Assembly: GCA_964558675.1 (NCBI GenBank)
Contig: CAZLEY010000002.1
Location: 9,359-73,358 of the forward strand
Reading direction: 5' to 3'
DNA from: an uncultured Dehalococcoidaceae bacterium
Lineage (GTDB): Bacteria; Chloroflexota; Dehalococcoidia; Dehalococcoidales; RBG-16-60-22
Length of the DNA: 64,000 nt
In this document: in pieces, positions 17,972-25,085 of the stretch
Layout of the letters: each line of letters begins with the position of its first letter
Position numbering within the stretch: the stretch's first letter is position 1
Position numbers and translations under genes: made by a program
Notes under the pieces: generated by a model
Told to the model about the DNA's origin: nothing
Seen by the model: only the letters and a program-made list of their open reading frames with translations
Database searches by the model: none

Positions 17972-18568
17972 ATGAAAATTGCCATTTCAGCTCAAGGCTC
18001 CACGCTGGATGCTGAGGTAGACCCAAGGTTCGGGCGCTGCCAGAATTTCATTATAGCCGACCCGGAGACGATGGAGTTTGAGGCTGTTGGTAACTCGAGC
18101 GCCATGGCATCCGGCGGCGCCGGCATCGCTACGGCTCAGATGATTGTCGATAAAGGCGTCGAGGCGGTTCTGACCGGTAACTGTGGTCCCAATGCCTACC
18201 AGGTGCTATCCTCGGCGCCTGTCCAGATAATAACCGGTGTATCCGGTAAAATAAAGGATGTTATCGAGGACTACCGTTCGGGTAAATTCAAGGCCAGTGG
18301 CCAGGCTAATGTGGCCGACCATTTTGGTATGGGAGGTGGCTCCGGTACGGGAATGGGTCGCGGCATGGGGAGAGGTATGGGACGCGGTATGGGGAGAGGC
18401 ATGGGAATGGGGGGAGGTATGGGAATGGGGGGAGGTATGACCCCGCCCATGAACGTGGCACCGCAAAGTCCGGAGCAGGAACTCGAGGCGCTCAAGGAAC
18501 AGTCACAGGCGCTGGCGCAGCAGATGGAAGATATCCAGCGGCGGATTGAAGGGCTGGAAAAGAAATAA
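17972..18568 (+). CDS. NifB/NifX-family cofactor-binding domain fused to a (GMGR)n/(GMGMGGG)n repeat and a DUF5320-like coiled coil
   Basis: N-terminal MKIAISAQGSTLDAEVDPRFGRCQNFII, then GMGRGMGRGMGRGMGRGMGMGGGMGMGGGM, then PEQELEALKEQSQALAQQMEDIQRRIEGLEKK. Confidence 0.75.
   Translation: MKIAISAQGSTLDAEVDPRFGRCQNFIIADPETMEFEAVGNSSAMASGGAGIATAQMIVDKGVEAVLTGNCGPNAYQVLSSAPVQIITGVSGKIKDVIEDYRSGKFKASGQANVADHFGMGGGSGTGMGRGMGRGMGRGMGRGMGMGGGMGMGGGMTPPMNVAPQSPEQELEALKEQSQALAQQMEDIQRRIEGLEKK
18350..18439 (+). repeat. In-frame tandem repeat: four 12-nt GMGR units, then a perfect 18-nt duplication
   Basis: ATGGGAATGGGGGGAGGT occurs at 18401-18418 and again at 18419-18436. A 12-nt periodicity (GGN ATG GGN CGN/AGA) runs over 18350-18397. 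Confidence 0.85.
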
Positions 18569-18688
18569 GAAGTCAATTAGGATATAAAGCTCTGCCACAG
18601 GATATAGTAGCGTTTCCTGATAGATAAACGCGCTGTGGTAAACAAGTTATAATAGAATAATTATTAAATAAAAGGGAGGTAACATAGC

Positions 18689-18871
18689 TTGCCTGTCTAT
18701 GAATACGAGTGTCAGAAATGCGGAGAGCGTTTCGAGTTGCGCCGGAGCATGAGCGATACTGACCAGGACATAAAATGTCTCAAGTGTGGGGCAGAGAATC
18801 CCCGCCGCATCTTCTCAACTTTTGCCACCGCCTCCGGCGGTGGCTCCTGTGCCCCGGGAGCATCTACCTGA
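18689..18871 (+). CDS. FmdB-family zinc-ribbon protein (CxxC_CxxC_SSSS)
   Basis: MPVYEYECQKCGERFE...CLKCGAE. TTG start preceded by GGGAGG. Confidence 0.75.
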   Translation: MPVYEYECQKCGERFELRRSMSDTDQDIKCLKCGAENPRRIFSTFATASGGGSCAPGAST

Positions 18872-18941
18872 AGCATAAGTCGGTGAGGCAGTTAGCCTTA
18901 AATCCATTGATTTGTAAAGAGGAAGGAAAAGGAGGTGTGTA

Positions 18942-19280
18942 GTGAGGTATGCCGTACCGGTGAGCGGCGGAAGGGTTTCGCCGCACTTCGGTCATTGTGA
19001 ACACTTTGCCATGATAGATGTTGATGAAGAGAGCAAGGAAATAATCAGCAAAGAGCTTGTCCCGTCACCGGGGCACCAGCCGGGGCTGCTCCCTGAGTGG
19101 CTTGCAGAGCAGGGAGTGGCCTTTGTGATTGCCGGCGGGATGGGCTCCCGGGCGCAGAGCCTTTTTCAGCAAAATCGCATAGGAGTCATCCTTGGTGCCC
19201 TGGAAAACGACCCGGAAGCAACGGTCCTGAATTATCTACAAGGAAGACTGGCTACGGGAGAAAATATTTGTGACCATTAA
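18942..19280 (+). CDS. NifB/NifX-family (dinitrogenase FeMo-cofactor-binding-like) protein
   Basis: MRYAVPVSGGRVSPHFGHCEHFAMIDVD...AFVIAGGMGSRA. GTG start with an AAGGAGGTG ribosome-binding site. Confidence 0.75.
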   Translation: MRYAVPVSGGRVSPHFGHCEHFAMIDVDEESKEIISKELVPSPGHQPGLLPEWLAEQGVAFVIAGGMGSRAQSLFQQNRIGVILGALENDPEATVLNYLQGRLATGENICDH

Positions 19281-19302
19281 GCGATGACATTGGAGGAAAA
19301 CT

Positions 19303-20307
19303 ATGGTAACCGAAGAGCAAGTAAAGGAGAGCCTGGAAACGGTACTGGTGCCCGCCGTCAAACGCAGCATCATCGGGATGAACCTGGTACGTGAGGTCAG
19401 CACTACAGATAAGACGGTAAAAGTCACCCTGGCATCAACCGGGCTGATTCCGGGCGCGCAGGACTGGATTAAAAACAAGGCTGAGGAAGCTATCAAGAAG
19501 CTGCCTGAGGTCAGTGAAGTAAACGTCGAATATACTGATATCAAGGCAAAAGACCTGAACGAAATCGACCATATTATCGCTGTAATGAGCGGCAAGGGAG
19601 GGGTGGGCAAGTCTCTGGTGTCAAGCCTGCTTGCCATTGCGCTGAAGCGCCAGGGCTACGACGTAGGCATTATGGACGCCGATATTACCGGTCCGAGCAT
19701 TCCCAAGATGTTCGGCCTTAACCTCCCGCCGAGCGGCAACGAAAGCGGACTGCTGCCGGTACTCTCAAAATCGGGCGTTGAGGTCATGTCTATTAACCTT
19801 CTTCTTCCCAGCGAGGATGATGCCGTAATATGGCGAGGTCCTCTGATTGGAAATACTATCAAGCAGTTCGGTGAAGACGTGCTCTGGGGAAAGCTGGACT
19901 ATCTGATTATAGACCTGCCTCCTGGTACCGCCGATGCCCCTCTTACGGTAATGCAGACCTTCCCCATTTCGGGGGTAATAGTTGTCTTCACTCCTCAAGA
20001 CCTGGTTGAGATGATTGTCAGGAAGGCCGTGAATATGGCCCGAAAAATGGAGAAACGCATTCTCGGCGTCGTCGAGAATATGAGCTACTTCTATGTACCG
20101 GAAATAGACAAGAAGATAGAAATCTTCGGCAGAAGCCGCGGTGAAGAGATGGCCAGTTCCGCTCAGGCCCCGCTGCTGGGGCAGTTGCCCATAGACCCAG
20201 AGCTGGCCAGGCTCTGCGATGAGGGGAATATTGAGCGCTACAATGGCGAAATTGTAGCCAGTCTGGGTGAATCTCTCGTTAAGGCATTGTCAGCCGAGGT
20301 CAAATAA
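19303..20307 (+). CDS. Mrp/NBP35/ApbC-type Fe-S cluster carrier ATPase with an N-terminal DUF59 domain
   Basis: Deviant Walker A motif SGKGGVGKS, the motif IIDLPPGTAD, and a DUF59-like N-terminus. Confidence 0.85.
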   Translation: MVTEEQVKESLETVLVPAVKRSIIGMNLVREVSTTDKTVKVTLASTGLIPGAQDWIKNKAEEAIKKLPEVSEVNVEYTDIKAKDLNEIDHIIAVMSGKGGVGKSLVSSLLAIALKRQGYDVGIMDADITGPSIPKMFGLNLPPSGNESGLLPVLSKSGVEVMSINLLLPSEDDAVIWRGPLIGNTIKQFGEDVLWGKLDYLIIDLPPGTADAPLTVMQTFPISGVIVVFTPQDLVEMIVRKAVNMARKMEKRILGVVENMSYFYVPEIDKKIEIFGRSRGEEMASSAQAPLLGQLPIDPELARLCDEGNIERYNGEIVASLGESLVKALSAEVK

Positions 20308-20322
20308 TGAGGAGGCGAAAGG

Positions 20323-20772
20323 GTGTCCAGTGATTTTGATGAACTCCAGAAACTGGTCATGGCAGATGCCCGCAAGGTCTACTCTGACACGGTCATTGAC
20401 CACGCTATGAACCCGCGGAACCTGGGTGATATACCGGATGCTGACGGCTTCGCCAGGGTGACCGGACCCTGTGGCGATACTATGGAAGTATGGCTGAAGG
20501 TAAAGAATGATAATATCTACCAGGCTTCTTTCTTCACCGATGGCTGCGGTACAAGTATTGCCTCGGGAAGCATGGTTACCGAAATGGCCAGAGGGAAGGG
20601 TGTAACCGAAGCCCAGAAAATAACTCAGCGCTATGTACTGGATGCCCTGGGAGGGTTACCCGAGGAAAGCGAACACTGTGCTCTTCTGGCCACAAACACC
20701 CTTAAGGCAGCCATAAAAGACTACATGGCCATGAAGCGAGAGCCGTGGAAGAAGGCATACCGAACCTATTAA
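20323..20772 (+). CDS. NifU/IscU-like Fe-S cluster scaffold protein
   Basis: CGDTMEVWLKV...DGCGTSIASGSM...EHCALLATNTLKAAI. The three scaffold cysteines are present. Confidence 0.8.
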   Translation: MSSDFDELQKLVMADARKVYSDTVIDHAMNPRNLGDIPDADGFARVTGPCGDTMEVWLKVKNDNIYQASFFTDGCGTSIASGSMVTEMARGKGVTEAQKITQRYVLDALGGLPEESEHCALLATNTLKAAIKDYMAMKREPWKKAYRTY

Positions 20773-20805
20773 GGTGGCGGGAGTAATGCATAGAGGGAAA
20801 GATTC

Positions 20806-21774
20806 GTGATTAGCTCTATTGCCTACGGTCCCGTCCCATCCCGAAGATTAGGCCGCAGTCTGGGTATAAACAATATTCCTCCCAAGACATGCAGTTATTC
20901 CTGTGTCTACTGTCAGCTCGGGCGCACTACAGATATGCACATAGAGCGTGGCGCTTTCTATAAGCCATTAGAAATAGCCCGGAGTGTAACGGAAAAGGTC
21001 AGATGTGCTGGAGAAAAAGATGAACCTGTTGACTACATCACCTTTGTGTCTGATGGCGAGCCGACTCTGGATATCAATCTGGGCGAAGAAATTACGTTTC
21101 TCAGCAAGTCGGGTATCAAAATCGCAGTTATTACCAATGCTTCACTTATCTGGCGTGAGGACGTTATAAGGGATTTACAAAAAGCTGATTGGGTATCAAT
21201 TAAGGTAGATGCAATTACCCCGGGAGTATGGGACAGGATTAATCGACCGCATGGAGCCCTCAGGCTTGATGTGGTGCTTGAAGGCATAATCAGTTTTGCC
21301 CGGTCATTCGTGGGTATTCTTACTACAGAAACCATGCTTATCAAGGGGATAAACGATGATATTGGTGAAATCGGGCAAATAGCGGATTTTCTGGTAAAAT
21401 TGGAGCCGGCTACGGCCTATCTGGCCATACCGACAAGGCCGCCGGCGGAACGTGTAGAGTCTGCCACCGAGCAGAATATCAATATGGCATATCAAATTTT
21501 CACAGAGAGATTGAACAATGTGGAATACCTTATCGGCTACGAGGGAAATGATTTTGCCAGCACGGGCAACGTACAGGAGGATATCCTCAATATTACGGCA
21601 GTTCATCCTATGAGGGAGGAGGCGGTAGCCGAGTTCTTAAGTAGAAGCGGCGCCAGTTGGGAGGTTGTCCAGAATATGGTAGAGAAACGCATTCTTGTCG
21701 AATTGGAATACCTGGGAAAGAAATTTTTCATGCGGAAGCTGCACGGGTATCACGCGAGTCTGCCGCATCCATGA
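20806..21774 (+). CDS. Radical SAM protein (NifB/MoaA-related, COG0731-like)
   Basis: GPVPSRRLGRSLGINNIPPKTCSYSCVYCQLG contains the CxxxCxxC motif. Confidence 0.75.
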   Translation: MISSIAYGPVPSRRLGRSLGINNIPPKTCSYSCVYCQLGRTTDMHIERGAFYKPLEIARSVTEKVRCAGEKDEPVDYITFVSDGEPTLDINLGEEITFLSKSGIKIAVITNASLIWREDVIRDLQKADWVSIKVDAITPGVWDRINRPHGALRLDVVLEGIISFARSFVGILTTETMLIKGINDDIGEIGQIADFLVKLEPATAYLAIPTRPPAERVESATEQNINMAYQIFTERLNNVEYLIGYEGNDFASTGNVQEDILNITAVHPMREEAVAEFLSRSGASWEVVQNMVEKRILVELEYLGKKFFMRKLHGYHASLPHP

Positions 21775-21784
21775 GTATCCCCCT

Positions 21785-21898
21785 GCAAATATCGGGGTGA
21801 AGTGGTTAACGTTGCATGGCTTCAATGCAACCAAAGCTGAGCTTTACCTTGAGGGTTACTGCCCGGGGTGTGAAGGGAATATGAACTATAGAGAGTAA
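21785..21898 (+). pseudogene. Possible remnant of a Fur-family C-terminus
   Basis: Translation HGFNATKAELYLEGYCPGCEG aligns with the C-termini of both Fur paralogues (DFEIVNIEFRATGYCPKC and GFKVTGVDVRLVGYCPEC). No N-terminal DNA-binding part is present. Confidence 0.3.
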
Positions 21899-21899
21899 A

Positions 21900-22064
21900 A
21901 TGAGTAAAGAAAAAGTAAGCGAGATTGAGGAGAAAATAGCCGACCTCAAAGCCCGATGGCCGGCTCATTCCGTGCCGCTGTCAATGTGGCAGCAACTGGA
22001 GGAACTGGAGGACGAACTGGAGGAAGCGAAGAAGGAGGAGACTAGCGGGAGTGAAACAGCCTGA
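21900..22064 (+). CDS. Small acidic helical protein, 54 aa (below the ORF-track cutoff)
   Basis: MSKEKVSEIEEKIADLKARWPAHSVPLSMWQQLEELEDELEEAKKEETSGSETA. The ATG at 21900 follows the preceding stop directly. Confidence 0.4.
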   Translation: MSKEKVSEIEEKIADLKARWPAHSVPLSMWQQLEELEDELEEAKKEETSGSETA

Positions 22065-22090
22065 GAAGGGAGAAGGTTGTGCCAAGAAAG

Positions 22091-22291
22091 ATGGCGTTAG
22101 TTGATTTCAATAAATGCCATCCCGATAAATACGACAGTGGTATTTGCGCCGCAGCACTGGCATGTTCTCATGGTCTGCTGAAGCAAGAAGCTCCCTAAGA
22201 AATACCTATGACAGACCCGTTTCTTTGCCGGGGTTGTGAGGACTGCGTCCGCGCCTGCCCGTTCAAGGCTATCCAGATAGTAGGAATGTAG
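22091..22291 (+). pseudogene. Ferredoxin-like Cys-rich protein interrupted by an in-frame TAA
   Basis: Reads MALVDFNKCHPDKYDSGICAAALACSHGLLKQEAP, then TAA (22196-22198), then EIPMTDPFLCRGCEDCVRACPFKAIQIVGM. Both halves are in one frame. Confidence 0.6.
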
Positions 22292-22310
22292 AACAGGAAA
22301 AGAGAGGAAG

Positions 22311-23089
22311 ATGAAGATATCCGTTTGTGGAAAAGGAGGAAGTGGTAAAAGCACCATAGTCACTCTTCTGGCGAATGAAGCCTTGAAAAGAGGCTATCGG
22401 GTGCTGGTGGTGGATTCCGATGAATCCAATTCGGGGCTTTTCCGCATGCTCGGCTTTGACCGCCTGCCCGTGCCTTTGATGGAACTCGTGGGGGGAAAGA
22501 GAGGACTGAAACAAAAGCTGGGGCAGCCGAACGTTCTTAGCGAAACGAATATACAGACAGCAAACATCCCTGATGGATATTTGCTCCAGAAAAATGGGCT
22601 CAAGCTGGTGGCCATAGGTAAAATCATGCAGTCGCTGGAAGGCTGCGCCTGCCCTATGGGCGTATTAAGCCGTGAGTTCTTAAAAAACTCGCTCTGGCAG
22701 ACGATGAGATGGCCATTGTGGACATGGAGGCGGGAGTGGAACATTTCGGCAGAGGTGTGGAGACCAGCATCGACAGCGTTCTTATCGTTGTCGAGCCTCC
22801 CCTGGAATCGGTAAACGTGGGTCAGAAGATTCACGAGCTGGCTTCAGGAATCGGCATTAAGGATATCTGGGCTGTCCTGAACAAGGTGCCAACAAGAGAG
22901 ATAGCTGCTAGAATGGAAATGGAATTGCAGGAGCGTCACATCGAGGTGGTCGGGTGTATCTACTTTGACGCCGATATCTTCACGTCAAGTATGGAAGGTA
23001 GAATCCCTGTAGATGGGATAGCGGTTCGAGAAGCTAAAGAGGTCATAGATAATATCTTTTCAAGGGCAGGTATGCCGACACCAGGATGA
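22311..23089 (+). pseudogene. cooC: CooC/AcsF-type Ni-insertion ATPase with a frameshift in an A6 run
   Basis: Starts MKISVCGKGGSGKST and contains CACPMG. The frame is lost after REFLK at the A6 run (22682-22687). The sequence KKLALADDEMAIVDMEAGVEHFGRG continues in the next frame as far as 23089. Confidence 0.75.
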
Positions 23090-23124
23090 TGTAACTGCTC
23101 TTGTGGGACGAACGGAGGTGTAAA

Positions 23125-23328
23125 GTGTGCCTGGCCAAGGCTTATTTAAATAAACAGGATAATGAACCGATGCTTCAGGATATCGCTTATGTGCGGCTGC
23201 ATGAAGACCGTGTGGAACTGGAGACATTGTTTGGTGAGGAGCAGGTTGTACACGGCAGGTTGGTCGAAATAAATTTCGCTACTTCGAAAATACTGCTCCA
23301 TAGTGACCGCCAGGCTGCCCAAGCTTAG
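23125..23328 (+). CDS. cooT: CooT-family small nickel-binding protein
   Basis: GTG-TGC start gives MCLAKAYLNKQDNEPMLQDIAYVRLHEDRVELETLFGEE. Cys2 is conserved and a GGAGGTG ribosome-binding site lies at 23114-23120. Confidence 0.65.
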   Translation: MCLAKAYLNKQDNEPMLQDIAYVRLHEDRVELETLFGEEQVVHGRLVEINFATSKILLHSDRQAAQA

Positions 23329-23341
23329 TTGAGGAGAAGGT

Positions 23342-24052
23342 ATGTCACCGAGCGACCACGGAACTCCAAAGTCAATGGCAGGAATGGAACAAAGCGGCAG
23401 TCATTTTTCTCCCTTTGATGATCTGGCTCTGGAATATGATGCCTGGTTTGATAAAGATGGAAGCCTTATCTTTTTCATTGAGGTGCAGGCGTTCCAGGTA
23501 CTGTTGTCATCCCTGCCGAAGCCCTGGCTCGAAATCGGGGTTGGCAGCGGCCGTTTCGCCCAGGCTTTGGGCATCGAAACCGGGGTCGACCCTTCTATTA
23601 AGCTTATCGAGATGGCACGAAAGAGAGGAATAAACGCCTTTATAGGTCGAGGAGAACAGGAGCCGTTTGATGAAGAATCATTCGGTACGGTCTTCTTGAT
23701 TGTCACCCTGTGTTTCCTTGATTCGCCTTTGGATGTTCTCAAGGAAGCCAACCGCATCCTGGTGCCCGGCGGCAAGATAGTACTGGGGTTGGTTTTACAA
23801 GAGAGTCCGTGGGGTCAGTTTTATCGGCGCAAGAAGGCGGAAGGGCACCGCTTCTATAGACACGCCAAATTCTATAGGTATGATGAGGTGTTTAGTCTGC
23901 TGGTCAAAGCGGGTTTTGTGACCGAGAAGGTTGTTTCGACACTTTTTCAGAAGTCGGATAAGGTGTATCATATGGAAGAGCCCAGGGAGGGCTATTACCC
24001 GGATGCTGGCTTTACGATAATCACGGGGGCAAAACGTGGCAGTGAAATGTAA
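23342..24052 (+). CDS. Class I SAM-dependent methyltransferase
   Basis: Motif I WLEIGVGSGRFA and post-I/II motifs (FDEESFGTVFLI, LVPGGKIVL). Confidence 0.75.
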   Translation: MSPSDHGTPKSMAGMEQSGSHFSPFDDLALEYDAWFDKDGSLIFFIEVQAFQVLLSSLPKPWLEIGVGSGRFAQALGIETGVDPSIKLIEMARKRGINAFIGRGEQEPFDEESFGTVFLIVTLCFLDSPLDVLKEANRILVPGGKIVLGLVLQESPWGQFYRRKKAEGHRFYRHAKFYRYDEVFSLLVKAGFVTEKVVSTLFQKSDKVYHMEEPREGYYPDAGFTIITGAKRGSEM

Positions 24053-24067
24053 TAGGAAGGTGAGATT

Positions 24068-24361
24068 TTGAAGGACAACGTAATCTTGCGGGTAAGGAAA
24101 GACCTATGTCTCGGCTGCGGGCTGTGTGCCGAGAGTTGCCCTCAGCAGGCTATCTCCCTGCAGTCGGGTCAAGTAAAGATATACCACAACAGATGCAACC
24201 ATTGCGGCCTCTGCCTTGATGTCTGCCCCCAGGGGGCAATTGTTGAGGTGACACCCGTGTCACAGCATGACCTGCAGGACACTGTTGCCGCACTGAAGGG
24301 CCGGGCGGGAGACATCATCGCTAGAATTGAGAGGCTAACCGAGCAGCAACGGCAAAGTTAA
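24068..24361 (+). CDS. 2x[4Fe-4S] ferredoxin with a C-terminal helical tail
   Basis: CLGCGLCAESCP and CNHCGLCLDVCP, followed by LQDTVAALKGRAGDIIARIERLTEQQRQS. Confidence 0.8.
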   Translation: MKDNVILRVRKDLCLGCGLCAESCPQQAISLQSGQVKIYHNRCNHCGLCLDVCPQGAIVEVTPVSQHDLQDTVAALKGRAGDIIARIERLTEQQRQS

Positions 24362-24372
24362 TAGGAGAAATC

Positions 24373-24531
24373 ATGAAGACCTATCTTGATTGTTTGCCGT
24401 GTCTGATTGATGTCTTTCATTCTTTCCATTTCCCGCAGGTAGATGATAGAATAAGATGGCTGGGTGAAATTTGCAGAGTCATGAAGCCCCCAGTAAAGCG
24501 TGATATGTTCCTACTCTTACCAATAAACTAA
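24373..24531 (+). pseudogene. 52-codon fragment beginning like a DUF89/ARMT1-type protein
   Basis: MKTYLDCLPCLIDV matches the conserved DUF89 N-terminus (MxTYLDCxPC). The rest is unrelated and the ORF stops early. A good AGGAG ribosome-binding site is present. Confidence 0.35.
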
Positions 24532-24542
24532 AAGGAGGTAGT

Positions 24543-24884
24543 ATGAGCAAGATAATAGAGATTACCGATCAAAATTTTGAGGAGGAAGTCCTGAAATCAA
24601 ACCTGCCCACAGAGGTAGATTTCTGGGCGCCCTGGTGTGGCCCGTGCCACATGGTTATACCGATATACGAAAAACTCTCCGAGGAGTATGAAGGCAGATT
24701 TAAATTCTGCATGATTAATGTGGATGAAAACCAGCAGACAGCAGTAAAATATCAGATTATGAGCATACCAATGCAGATGTACTTTGTTAACGGTGAGAAG
24801 GTTGACGAAATCCTCGGCGCCGTCCCGGAGCATATTATCCGGACAATGGTAGACAGCATCCTCCAGAGTCCGCCGACAGATTAA
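24543..24884 (+). CDS. trxA: Thioredoxin
   Basis: WAPWCGPCHM active site. 113 aa. Confidence 0.9.
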   Translation: MSKIIEITDQNFEEEVLKSNLPTEVDFWAPWCGPCHMVIPIYEKLSEEYEGRFKFCMINVDENQQTAVKYQIMSIPMQMYFVNGEKVDEILGAVPEHIIRTMVDSILQSPPTD

Positions 24885-25085
24885 AAAGGTAGGCTCAAAG
24901 CGCTCTTGACCTTATGTGTTGAGCAGGACAGGCGGGATAGTGAGAACCCGGGAAGTGAACCGAGAGTGCCCATAATGTAGAGAGCGAATCGATTTACAAT
25001 CAACTTATAGTCAACAAGAGAAGAATCGGGGAAAGCCAACAAGAGGCCACCCCAGCGTTCACAAATTACAAGGAGATAGATAGAC

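Noticed and set aside
18206-18576. Minus-strand ORFs with PHSHTSPHSH / PIPIPPPIP repeats.
   Set aside because: They are reverse-complement read-outs of the GMGR/GMGMGGG coding repeat in the NifX-like gene, not independent genes.
22196-22198. Possibility that the in-frame TAA is recoded (read-through or an alternative genetic code).
   Set aside because: TAA terminates many well-defined genes in this window at their expected ends. A nonsense mutation or base-call error is more economical.
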